Shown: positions 42,427-55,301 of the stretch, piece by piece
How the letters are laid out: each line of letters begins with the position of its first letter
Numbering within the stretch: position 1 is the stretch's first letter
Position numbers and translations under genes: made by a program
Notes under the pieces: generated by a model
Seen by the model: the letters and a program-made list of their open reading frames with translations, nothing else
The model's database searches: none
Told to the model about the DNA's origin: nothing
From: Octopus sinensis
Taxonomy: Eukaryota
Reading direction: 5' to 3'
DNA length: 64,000 nt
NCBI RefSeq assembly: GCF_006345805.1
Contig: NC_043000.1
Span: 52,700,001-52,764,000, forward strand

Positions 42427-42820
42427 GATTGGTCAACAAGTTGATGACGTCTAGTTCTGCTAGAATGGACAGAATACAAACAGGGGACAGTCATTAGTCA
42501 GAATATTGATGACGTCCTTTTCTGCTTGACTAGTCACCTAACAAGTACAGACAGGGGGCAGATCTAATGTAGCTATAAGTCGTGATTGGGCAGAATCTGG
42601 ATGACGTCCCGTTCTGCTTGACTAACGAAGCGACTGGTCAAAACAGGAAACAAACAAGAGGCAGTTATAATGCAGCGATTGGTCAAAATGATGATGACGT
42701 CCCGTTCTGCTTGACTAAAGCCACCTAACGAAACGATTGGTCAAAACATTGATGACGTCACGCTACGCTGGACTGACCACCTAACAGGCATTATAAAACC
42801 GAGCATTCACAAGACTCACT
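42427..42820 (+). promoter_or_regulatory. Putative Pol II promoter in the Penelope pseudo-LTR: repeated ATTGG (CCAAT) + TGACGTC (CRE-like) modules, TATAAAA at 42792
   Basis: Five modules starting at 42427, 42492, 42584, 42677 and 42735 (the 42492 one is degenerate, ATTAG), each with TGACGTC 18 nt downstream. Function is inferred. Confidence 0.6.
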
Positions 42821-43130
42821 AGAACCACCCAGCGAACACTCACCATGGGTCATCACAATTGCTTAAGTAAAAATGAATTCCTCGCTCTTTCGGAAACATC
42901 AATCTTCTGTATTGACTGCTTTCCACCACTTTGATCTGTTTTTTGTATTGAATACGTATCGCCACCGTGGGCCACTGCATCGAACACTTTGAACATATAG
43001 CATGAATGAACTTACTTCAAACTATATATCAACTATACATGAACTCTAAGATGTCTGACTCCGTTGTGTATTATAAATGAATTTCTTGTGTTTGACGGCA
43101 TGAGCTGTCTTTTTTTATATATAACTTTTT

Positions 43131-43164
43131 TTGATAAGGTTCATTTCAGGAACTGAAACATGTT
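43131..43164 (+). ncRNA. Minimal type I hammerhead ribozyme-like motif (U3-A8 core variant)
   Basis: TTGATAA-GGTTC-atttcag-GAACT-GAAA-CATGTT. Stem III is the palindrome ACATGT; stem I is weak. Confidence 0.5.
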
Positions 43165-43219
43165 ATAATGTATATATAAAAATTAAAAATTGTATAATAT
43201 AGCAGCATTTTCGAACTTC

Positions 43220-43307
<88 letters not shown>

Positions 43308-43815
43308 AACCCAACCTAAATAAGGTGTATTATTTGCACATGCAGATCAGTTTGCATATTTCGTATTGGCACAAGGTGAATTAGATATTTCCACACTAGG
43401 CTTTCCAAACGAATATCGTATTGCATACCAATGATTAGTCTCCTACAATGAATTACCAATAATTAAAACCGATTCCTCTCCCTTATCTCAATCGATATGT
43501 ATTAGCAGAAGAACTTTGGCAGATAATACTTAAATTTATATATGCAAATGTGTGTGTGTGTGTGTGTGATTGCGACTGAGCGTTTGTGAGTGTATGTGTT
43601 ATGTGCATTATATTAAATTATAAATGCGTGTGTGTATATGTATATAAGCCCATTATTTATAATAACTATTAGGTCAAGTGATCAGCATGGAGAAAAACAT
43701 AGGTAATAATTATTATTGGTATATAATGGTATTAATACAATCATAATCAAGGGTACTGAAGAGCCACCACCATGCTATTTGTGGCATGGTGATGCCTCTT
43801 TGGTATCCTTAGTTA

Positions 43816-43886
<71 letters not shown>

Positions 43887-46499
43887 ATATATATATATGT
43901 GTGTGTGTGTGTGTACGCGTGTATATATATATATATATAAATATATATATATCAATCTATCTACCTATCTATGCATTTCAGATAGAGAGAGATGATAAAC
44001 TTGAAAAAATTTGATGCACCTTTGTATGTAGTGTAGTTACTTTAATTTCCAATAAGCTCTGAAATGTTATGCGAAAGTCCACTTTGAATATTCGTAATAT
44101 CGAAAATATCCATTAAACATTTTTTACATTTTATGTTCACAAAAGACAGGCTGCGTATATATCAATATAATTGTGTTACCGAATCTCATAAAATTCTGTC
44201 ATAAATCAACTCAAGTTCTTTAGAGTTTATATTAAACCTTCCTACGTCGTAAATTTCAAAAATGAAACAATAAATTATATTTGCTACAAATAATACAATG
44301 CCCTTAATATTATTACTTTAAGAATACATCATTGTATAGATTCCGTTGCATTAGCACTAGTGTTCAATACTTGGAGGCATGCGCATATTTCAGAACACAT
44401 ATGTAATATATTTAGTAAGTTAATGAAGTGTCTTATATATGGTTTAATCATACTTGATGTTTTTCACAAAATATGAATGATATAGATTTTAGGATAACCG
44501 GGAAATTTAGATGGACTTAAACAGTTCTGTAGTTACTAAGACAAGTTTTGTTTTTCAATTATTATGTTATCTTATATTGCGTATAAAAAAAAAAACCCAG
44601 AAAACTTATCTGCTGATTATTGAGAATATACAATTTTGAATATACTTTTATGGAGACTTAATATATCTTTTTACTCTATAAATGTTGCTTTTGTAAGGTG
44701 ACATTTAATTTCAGCTTTATCGTCTCTGATGCAAAATGCAAAAATATACAAAATACCGTTATTTATTTTTGATTGCAAAGAGAAGATTAAGGTTAATCAA
44801 TACTCTGCGATAAATTTACGATGCAGTGTCTGAAATCATGTTTTCTTACTCCATAATCACCTTTATTTATCCATGCCAAATTATTTGTAAATATGTGTTA
44901 ATCACATTGACAATTTTATTCTTAAACGAATGATATTTATAATATTTGGTTGTTTCTCAAGTAATCAGTAAGAAATATTAGAATTGTGGAACATATGAAA
45001 CGTAGGATAAAAATAGGAGTTACATTTATAACATATATGTGCTACTATTAGACGCATTGGAAACATGTCGGGATGTAATATCAGAAAGAAAACGGTCGGA
45101 AACACCGAATATTTTCCTTCTTAAATATGAAGTCGATTAATATAGGATTTGTAACTGTCAATTAATATCTAAAAATACATCCATGAAGGTAAATATAAAA
45201 TCAAAACTACAACAAACTGGATTTGCATTAATGACGAGCTTCACTTGTGCAAGAAAATGAAAATCACCCATAGATATTTGAATATGAGCAGATATACATT
45301 GACTTAAAAAAAAGTATTATGTGATCTTGTTATTTGCGTTTATCCAAGAATACAAAATTTCATTTTTAAATGTACGAACGAGAAGAATATCAATTTATAA
45401 AGTTTAGAAAATATGTACTGGTATACTAACTTCGAAAGTCTATAGGCTAAACACGGCAAGTTAGAGTACGTACCTGTATGGATATCTTCATGTTGTTATG
45501 AATAATCGGTACTAAAACATTAGATGTTTGAATTGGATTATTGATTATACCTTTATAAATACGAAGTATGAACTCTGTAAAACCATATTTTATAGAACCG
45601 AAGCCGGATTAGTCCAGAAATGTGTGTATTCATACCTATTGTATACAAAGATAAGTTTCAATTCCAGAAGATAGTAAAAAAATGTGGAAAAGAGATAAAT
45701 TAGGATTATTAAGTCGTGTAAAGCAAAAGCCATGTAGGAACATTTTAGTACGACTAATGGGCTCAAATACCTTACTACTATGTAAAACTTGTAATTCGAT
45801 TGTAAAATATGGACTAGGAAATATATTGTATGAACTTCAAAGGAGAAGAGTACATATAAAGTATTGAGTGTAACAACCTATAGTTATACATAGTTGATGT
45901 GCCGAAAAAATGGAACTCTGCCGATGTTCATATCAGGGTTGCTTTGCATGCTACTCCAAAACATTTGATACATATGACCATACATGTGAAAAACATACGC
46001 ATGCATTATCTCATGAGGCATAATTCGATGACTAAGCGTGCATAATCGCATAGAAACAGGCAAAAATACACACATATACCCGTACATTACATACAAACGC
46101 AAACACACAAACACACACACACACATACCTATAGGTATCTAGGTATATATGTATGTTTCTCCATTCTCTAATTTTGTAGTATTATATATATATAGGTATT
46201 TACGTAACTATATATATAGGTATCTATGTACATATATATATATATATAATATATATATATATGGAGGTATATATATATATATATAGTTAAACGTATATAT
46301 ATAGAGAGATATTTAGGTATATATATATATATATATATGTATATGTATATGTATATGTATATATTTATATATATATACGTTGTCAGCTAATGATAAAATA
46401 GTTTTTGGCAGAAATATTGGAGAATATGACTGCACTTGAAGACAAATGCCAAAGAGTATGAAATTTATTCCGTGCACGAGTCTATCAGAAGGGGAAATC

Positions 46500-47450
46500 A
46501 AGCATGAACTGACTATCCTTACGCACAGTTTATAGCGTCAAGGAGAAAATGGACATCGTAAATGGCGTTCAGAGAATGTCTGTCGGAGTTGGGGGCCAAC
46601 GGGAAACAGAGTCAACATCCTAAGTACAAAATTTCAACGGACCCAGCCACTTGCAAGTCGAAGTTGGCTTCTGAACTTAAAGTAAACCCCAAGACCATCA
46701 GAGCAACTGTGAATGAAGACTTGGGCCTCCAGTCTTACACCAGGACACCGAAACATCTGCTGACAGAACCTATGATGTTCAGGAGACACGAAAGTTACAA
46801 AAAACGTTCTCACATGCCTGACGAAAAACGGGTCCACTGTAAATATTTTGTCTGACGACATCACATGTGACATCGTTGTGAACCGCTAAAACGATCGGTA
46901 CATTGCAACGTCAACAGCTGACAAAAACATGCAGCACAGGTTATGGCCTTCGGTGTTGTGTCTTGTCACGGAAATAAGATGCCCATCTACTACAATACCG
47001 AAGAATAGGTGGGTACTGACGCCTACTACGAGATGCTGAGGTGCCATAGCTTGCCAACGATCAAGGCCAACTATCGGGAGGACAAGTACTATGTGTTGTA
47101 AATACTAAGTACTGCTTACTGGACTGCGGATTTCTGGCCCACTTTCAGCCCGGATCTCAACCCTCTGGACAATGCCGTGTGTGGCATTTTGAAGCAGGCC
47201 ACCAACAAAATCTGCGACGGTTACCATCAATGATAAGTAGGTCATGATGTCCAGTGATTTAGTGGTCAAATGTTGTGCTGGGTTCTAGGGCTGTGTGGAA
47301 GCTGAAAATGCAAACAATGGAAGCCACATAGAATATAGTATTCGTTTTGTAATTATATCTAACAGAAATTCTACTGTATTCTAAGTAGAAAATACGTAAA
47401 TAAACAATTATCAGATATTTGATCCCCATTGTTGGACCCCTATATATATT
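46500..47450 (+). mobile_element. maT/DD37D-like transposase relic
   Basis: KLASELKVNPKTIRATVNEDLGLQSYTRTPKHLLTE; VVNR*NDRYI; AQVMAFGVVS; ADFWPTFSPDLNPLDNAVCGIL. Confidence 0.8.
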
Positions 47451-47859
47451 TCTCGCTCGTTACGTTATCCTTAGTCGTGTAAGCAAACTTTAGGTGAGTT
47501 CAAATATGTTTGTGGCGTATTTTAACCTAAAAACGTAATTTGACAGCCGTTTACGGTGGAAAAGTTTTCCCTTATCGTAAAAGTTATACATTGACAATGC
47601 TTATTTCTCTTCATTTCTTCGCGCTAATACTTAATTATATGTTCATACGGATTACGAGCGCCTATCAGTTCCTATTATTGACTGATTACTGGCAAAATAC
47701 AGCAAAAAACGGTAACCTTGTGTTGAAAGAAAACCTTCGGTCAGATTTACCTCACTTTCATATCCTCTACAGCGAAATGTATATCGAAGCAGAAATGTAT
47801 TTAGGATTCCAATAGAGGATGTCATTGATCTAATAATAGTTTAACTAACACTTTAACCA

Positions 47860-47992
47860 GCCGAGAAGACTAGAGCAACGTGAAATGATCTGTATTGCTT
47901 CAGAAAACAGCGTATTGTCTAGGGCATGAATACAAAGCCAGAATCTTATGACCATAAGTGCAACCCCCTAACCATTAAACCACGCATGCCCA
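47860..47992 (-). mobile_element. tRNA-head SINE fragment of a different family
   Basis: The minus strand starts GGCATGCGTGGTTTAATGGTTAGGGGGTTGCACTT..., resembling a degraded tRNA A-box head. Confidence 0.45.
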
Positions 47993-48913
47993 TCGTATAA
48001 TTCGCACTCATATACACGCACACAAACGCATAAATATGTATGAACGTGCATACACACATACACACACACATACACACACGCACAAACACACATATGAATG
48101 AATGTATTCGAAAAGATGTTTAAATCCTTTTACAAATTTTATTACATATATAAGGACATGAATTACAAGTATGTGATTCATTTTGTACATTAGATAATTT
48201 AGTCCCGTGCCAAAGACGAACCATCGTAACGTGGGACTTAACATAAAATTTAGAACGTAAAAATTTCTTTTAGAAATGTTCAAGCACCGTGTTGGACAAT
48301 CCAAGTCTACAAAATTTTAAGTTACTTGTATAAATCTCTGGCAGGATAAAATAGACAAAACATACTCAGAAAACCATTTTAGAATCGATTATTCAATGAT
48401 ATGCAACATATTACAACGTAATTTACTTATGAAAATTCTTTTACTCATACGTACGTTGGAACGCAACTGTCTGCTGATTTGAATACCTCCAAGAGAGTAC
48501 TGACAAAGATTTAATATAAAAGACATTGATGGTTTTGTTAAATTATCTTGAGATACCATAAAAATGTAGTCTGTTGTTCGCCTTCTTCCAGGCTATCTTT
48601 TAATTGCGGAGTGTTTGAAAGCCGCCTAATAATGCGTTCAATAAAATATGCACATGCAATGTTCGTGTAGCTTAAATTATAAGTAATTATGAATTGTATG
48701 CAACCAATGCATCCAGTTTGGTGTCGAAAACGGTCAGTTTCGTCCACTTGACATTCCCTTTTAATTGATCTGAAAATACACAAAATTCATTAAATTTCAA
48801 AAATCAAAAGATACTAACTTTTTAAGTGAAAGCGACCCTCTCAAATGTGAAAATTTAAATTGGAAAAAAAAAAAAAAACACTCATGAATCATTCTTTATT
48901 CCTCTATATATAT

Positions 48914-49932
48914 AACTTATAAACAAGGGCAAAATGAAAAAAATTCCAATGCTAAATATAGCGGAAATAGACTTAAATCGTCAATCAGTCCCACTGCGTG
49001 GCATCTTGGGCAAGTGTCTTCTGCTATAGCCCCGGGCCGATCAATGCTTTGTGAGTGGATTTGGTAGACGGAAACTGAAAGAAGCCTGTCGTATATATGT
49101 ATATATATATATATGTATGTGTGTGTATATGCTTCTGTATCTGTGTTTGTCCCACTAGCGTTGCTTGACAACCGATGCTGGTGTGTTTACGTCCCCATCA
49201 CTTAGTGGTTCGGCAAAAGAGACCTATAGAATAAGTACTGGGCTTACAAAGAATAAGTCCCGGGGTCGATTTGCTCGACTAAAGGCGGTGCTCCAGCATA
49301 AACGCAGTCAAATGACTGAAACAAGTAAAAGAGCAGTAATAGAGCAACCACATAGTTCATCACTATAAGCACGCTTCTCGAAGCAAGCCGACAGAAATTT
49401 CTACAAAATTCCGTTATAACCGAATCGGCACTGTTTCTGAGTTAATTCATAAAGCATTTTCTCGTCATTAGCGATAGATACGATATTTTTTAATATGCTG
49501 GCCACTGATGAAATTTTTTCGAAAACTTTTATCCTATATTAGGTGTAAATTTAATACTATTCACTTCCGAACTCTCACTTTATGAGAATTTTCAGTCTAA
49601 TCACATGTGTCTCGAAGTGTGCTGTAGAATTTTCTATTTTGGATATATTTGGAGTACTTAAGTGTACACATGACTTGGTGTCTACTTCTTCCATGGATGC
49701 AAGCAAGTATCTCATTTATTTCTAATCGTATTTACCGCTGACGACGAGAACGTTCTTTATGAATTAACACAGAAATCGGGGCCGATGTGGTAATAACGGA
49801 ATTTTTGTAGAAATTTCTTTCGGCTTGCTTCGAGACGCGTCCTTGTGATGAATTATGTGGTTATTGACGATTTAAGTCTATTTTCGGCATATTTGGCATT
49901 GGAATCTTTTTGTTTGCCCTAGTTTATAAGTT
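48914..49932. mobile_element. MITE-like element with ~210-bp TIRs; left TIR interrupted by a SINE
   Basis: 48914-48985 plus 49346-49483 together are the reverse complement of 49725-49932; no coding capacity. Confidence 0.8.
48986..49333 (+). mobile_element. 5'-truncated tRNA-derived SINE inserted in the MITE TIR
   Basis: CAGTCCCACTGCGTGGCATCTTGGGCAAGTG...CAGTCAAATGACTGAAACAAGTAAAAGAG. Confidence 0.9.
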
Positions 49933-50027
49933 GTTTATAAATTTAGCCTTTAAAGGTATTTTTTAATATGCTGACAACTGATAAAACTTTTTCGAAAATG
50001 TTATCCTATATTAGATGTATATATATA

Positions 50028-50091
<64 letters not shown>

Positions 50092-50249
50092 TGTGGATTC
50101 TCGCTTCCTCTCTCTTCAACTAAAATGGGTTACAATGATGAAACTATCGATGCTAACCCGAAAACAACTGGTCCTGCACACCCAACTATGAGACGAAGAC
50201 ATGGTGAATTAAGTCTCCCAAGAATGTCCATTTGAAGAAAATATATCCA

Positions 50250-51110
50250 TAAATCAAGACCAGTTGTCGCGTTCTTGTTCCAAGAACAACATCATTATTG
50301 ATGCAGACAAGGCATTTGCTTTTATTCTTGATGCCAAAGGCGAAATGTTCAACTTGCGTCCCCCAAATCCGAAAGAAGAGTGGTTGGATATAGATGAAAT
50401 TATAGCACACAGAATAAGTGAGCTAATAGGGAGGAATCAGACCACAAGTCACGTTTGAAGATATTTATTATGCTATCACTAGGGTCGCCTTTGGAGTAAA
50501 ATTGCCAAGGTTTTAAATCCCTCTTCATAAATACAAATAACGGGAGATAACAACTAATAAAAGAAAAGGTATCTCAAGAAAGCAATGAAAGTACGGAAAG
50601 CAGTGTGCAGTGTCCTTAGCAAATCAGAATATGCGAGGACTTGTAAAAAGATGCCCTAAGATCGCTTCCTCGGGAACCACGTATAGTTTGCTAGGTAAAC
50701 ATCTGAGCAACCAGAGCCTCGGCCTAACAATGTATAAAGACAGAGTTGACCAACATAGTAATTCTTATTCCAACTTTTTTCTGGGAGTCAGTAACTTTGA
50801 TAGAAGACCTATGACTCTAGGAATCCCCTACTGCTGTATCGAAAATATAACAATTTTCTTGAGCGTGTCAAACTGAAGACCGACAATAAATGCAGGATAG
50901 TTGTTAGATAGTATATTCTAAAAGTATATTAACTATATCAGACCAATATATCTTCCGATTGTTAAGAGCAAAATATTTTTGTTATGGTAGCATGGTTAAC
51001 TAATGACATCATTGTAAATAAATACCTGGATATGCAAGTCGCAAAAAGTGGTATTCCAGGTGTGTCTGGAGGCATAGAAAATGCATCAGCAAATGGTATG
51101 CAATCAAGGA
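50250..51110 (+). mobile_element. Highly degenerate HERO/R2-superfamily LINE RT fragment
   Basis: NYIRPIYLPIVKSKIF...WLTNDIIVNKYLDMQVAKSGIPGVSGGIE (~50930-51075) resembles the FRTISLLNVEGKIFF...YIDTSVQKGGIPG motif of HERO RTs. The upstream extent is uncertain. Confidence 0.55.
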
Positions 51111-54100
51111 GAGTGGGGTAGAGAAAATATTTCTCCCCCATGTCAATACAAGTAAAATAACGTCCTTCCTGGGGATGCTATTTCGTAATATGAATTCTAA
51201 GGACTCGGAGATCACATCTGTATTATGACACTGTCAAAACTCTGTTTAATGTTGCAAAGCCTACGAATTTTCTGAACATATTGTAAATACAACTATAAAC
51301 TGTGAGAACGCAATGCAGACAGATACACACAAATACACACATGTGTGTGCCAGTGTGTCTTACTCTGTGCATTACTATTGCTACCAGCAAGCTCTCTTTC
51401 AAATTTCCCCCTCTTTAATGGGCTGAAGCTTTGCAGATTCTGGCATTTATGAATGCATCGGACTGACATGTATATAGCGGTTGAATTTAGCTATAATTAT
51501 AATTATAGTGGTACCATTTCTACTTTGAATAGAACAGAAAGCGTCAATGTAAAGTAAATGAAGATTGCACGAAATTATATATATTTCATGTGTATCTGAA
51601 CAACGGAAAAATATGCTTTATAATTCTGAAATATAAGCGAGGATTTCTAGTATTGAATTACTTGATAATGGTGTTTAACAGAGGACATCGTTTTCTCGAA
51701 TCCTAACCGGACTTAGCATTTATCGGTTTGTTCTCTGTATGTACGTCTCTAACGATGCATTGTCTAAATGGTACCAATGTCGATATAAATGATCGGCGAA
51801 AAATCAATATTGTCTGTCTTGTAGAGCCTGAACATAAAATAGTAACTCATACTTTAGTAAATAATAAATGAGCATGACAAGAATCCTATTTTGTAATGTC
51901 GGAATCTTATATTCGTTAAATATTCTACTCTCGACTAATATTAACCGTATCTTAATATGTTACCACAAGTGTACACGAACATAGCTTAATATTCCAGCGT
52001 AAGACATATATTCTTATCTGCAGCAAGTAAGGTGTCAGTAGAATTAATATATATAACAGCAAGAGCAAGAACAGAAACAGGTCAAACCCAACAACAACAG
52101 AAACAAACAACAACAATAAAACAATAACAATACGTGAACATTGTTTGAAAATGTTCAAGTAGAAAAATCGAAGTAAATCATAGTCCTAACAATATGATGA
52201 TATGAAATGGAATACCTTCTTTGCAATGTCGTCAGTAATATGAGCAAGCTTACCTTCAAATCAGTCTTTGTATACCAGAGAAAGGTCTAGTGCTATTGAC
52301 GTCTCGTTCGGTACAGCGGGACTGAAGATCGGTAAAAGGCAAGAAATGCATCTACTATAGCAAATGCTATGGACTGACTGTGGTGCTTTTAACAGTTTTC
52401 GTTAACGCAAGAATTTTCTCTAAAGCAAACTGTAGATAAAATGCTATTTAACCAAACATATATAACATATAAGTTATCCCAAACATATTTGAACTGATCT
52501 CAAGATACTTAATATATTATGAACTCTATCATGAACTCTAATTTTCTTGACTGTATTCCATTTCCTGTAAATATTTTGTGTTATATTATACTAGCATTCC
52601 AACCTCTTTAAACGAGTTTTGATCCAGGTAAATTTGATGTTCACTTACTCCTCTCACAAAACATTGCCTGTAAGTTTAGTATTTTGCTAAGATAATATCG
52701 TTCTTGATAACTCATCTATATTTTATAACGTAAATTCTGAATTTTCATTTATATATATATATAAACAATATCCATTGTATCGCAAAATATAATTTACATC
52801 AGTACATTTCTCTAAAGTGCTGTTCCTTTTCTCTAATAACAAAATAAAACAAGCTATAGAAATAGCTCATTTGGACCAATGGCATGAATTTGAACTTGAA
52901 TTATGCTTTCATGTACTAATTAACCTATGCCTAAAATGGTCGCCCTTTGTGACAATTAGTACCACTAGTATTCTATATATTTTCTTCAAATAAGAACTAA
53001 ATTTTAAATGAGAAGTTCTCTGTATGTCATTAGTACACCGCTATTTCTTTAAATTTAAATGCATGTCATTAGCTAAAATGTGCTATATTATTTGCCAGTT
53101 TTTATTATGCAAATTGCTAAAGGCCAAGATACTTTAAAACGTAATGTATCTATGTAAAAAACACGATAAATTTTGCACTGGCCAAAGTAAGTTTGATTAG
53201 GCTCAGCTAATAGATAAACAATAATACGTAAACATGTCGTAAGTGATCAGTTTATCTGAAGATAACGAACAGTCATCCCTGTAAGCATGTAAATTCTTAA
53301 TTCCTTGATGTTCTCTTACTTTTCTTTGGAAGAAACAGTTAGCTACCACCAACTGTGCTTCCTTACAAAACTAATAAATACATCTCCATCAGCTGAGAAT
53401 AGCTTACGCCCATCAGCCAGTACGGTATCTACTAACGAACACATACATGCATACATACAGACATGTCGCAAATTTAAAAGCATATCCAAGAAATAATCTA
53501 TTTTAAATTACCTTTAGGAAATTATACGATTCCTGAAATAATTGTTTTGAACAAAAATTACGATGTTTAGCAACATTTCCAGACACATTGTTATAATTTA
53601 ACACCAACTTAAACTTGAACAACTTTTAAGAATGTTAATAATAACTAAATATGGACATGCCTTTGGCACTATATATGATTTAGTCAATTATTAAATATGA
53701 TTGTATGTGCATCTATAATTATATTTAAAAAATATGTACATACACAAGCACACACACAGAACGCACGCACACACATATACACACACACAATGTGCCTAAC
53801 GCATACAAACTGGTGATATATCAGTTACTGCAGTATTTTTCCGGAGAGCTCTACCTGCTCTGTAAAAAAATACAATAGATATAACAGAAAATGAGAGACG
53901 AACCAATCACCAATCGCTAATGACGGTGCTAGATGCATTTCGGCTTAACTGGGCTTTTTAATGATACATATTTGCAAACAGCCACATGCACAAGCGAGAA
54001 TTCGCCAGGAGAAGAGAAACTGATCAGAACATTCCAAAAATGCCTTGGTTAATTAAAATTCGGCATGGCCAATTGGTGTAGGTATGTATTAATAATAGTT

Positions 54101-54439
54101 ATGTATTGTAATCAATTCATTTGACATTTAGGCTGGCAGCAGCTGGGACGGTGTTTCGTCGCTAATATCTTCTGTGTCTTTAACATGACAATCCATAAAA
54201 GACGTTATCTCAGGACAAATACTACGTTGACAGGCCAATCGATAGTGTGCATGTATTAAGTATGATACATAGATGGCAACTTTAATGATATACTAATTTA
54301 ATAGCATATAATGAATTTTTAATAATCTAAGCGACTAAAGGCAATATAAGTGGATATTTTATTAATTTTCTTATATCAGAGTAATAGGATACAATAGCGG
54401 GACGTGGACGTAAAAGAATGAGAGAGAAAGGATAACGAA

Positions 54440-54545
54440 AGTGTTCCATTTGTGTCTTTTGTTGGTCGAAAAAATAGTTCATATTCCATGTACTCGTACT
54501 TCGTATTTTTGTGTTGTACACACTTTATGACGTGCTGTGCTCACA
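54440..54545. repeat. Short copy of the dispersed repeat also found at 62355-62455
   Basis: Shares TTCCATTTGTGT...AATAGTTCATATTCCATGTACTCGTACTTCGTA...GTACAC...TGACGTgCTGTGCT, followed by a TA tract. Confidence 0.75.
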
Positions 54546-54609
54546 TATGCATATTTATATATATATATATACGTATCGATATAAGCATGTACATATAATT
54601 ATGTATATA

Positions 54610-54690
<81 letters not shown>

Positions 54691-54701
54691 TATATACATA
54701 T

Positions 54702-54750
<49 letters not shown>

Positions 54751-54756
<6 letters not shown>

Positions 54757-54949
54757 ATATGCTAAATGTAGACCAAATATCGTGTCTACATTTAGCTTAT
54801 TGGATGTCCACTTAATGGTCATCCCTCTTGAATGTAATATAATTTTTCAAAATCTTCAGATTTTTCACTATACTAGGCTACTGGTTTAAATATTAACGAA
54901 ATTAATATCAATTTATTACTCTTATTACTTAAACATACATATATATATT

Positions 54950-54982
<33 letters not shown>

Positions 54983-55267
54983 ATATAGCTATAATACATT
55001 TATGTATGTTTGTATATATATGTGTGGGTGTGCGTGTGTATGTATGTATATATATAGATTGATAGATAAAACTTACTTGGAAGAGGATGCGTGGCGTTCA
55101 ATCATATGACACTATATATATATATTTACATATATATATATAGTGTCATATGATTGAACGCCACGCATCCTCTTCCAAGTAAGTTTTATCTATCGATCTA
55201 TATATATACATACATACACACGCACACCCACACATATATATACAAACATACATAAATGTATTATAGC

Positions 55268-55301
<34 letters not shown>

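Larger units (their letters stand above)
39816..43230 (+). mobile_element. Penelope-like retroelement (RT + GIY-YIG endonuclease, Cys-rich linker suggests Neptune group) with 3' pseudo-LTR
   Basis: N-terminal LSNKELTPNEISILSKGLK; KEADKG; FYGIPKVHK; LRPIIAG; SFDVVNLYSNIP; GTAMGTRTAPSFANL; YLDDCFII; LPFLDI; YLPFDSCHP; CGRPNCGIC; NLIYVITCAGCNRQYIGHT. It begins in (TA)n and ends before (CA)n. Confidence 0.93.

Noticed and set aside
42420-42780. Repeat-spacer look resembling a CRISPR array
   Set aside because: Units are variable in length and diverged, the spacers are related to each other, there are no cas genes, and the context is a eukaryotic retroelement.
49505-49545. CTGATGA...CGAAA hammerhead-like spacing in the MITE (also ~49980)
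   Set aside because: No convincing stem I, II or III pairing.
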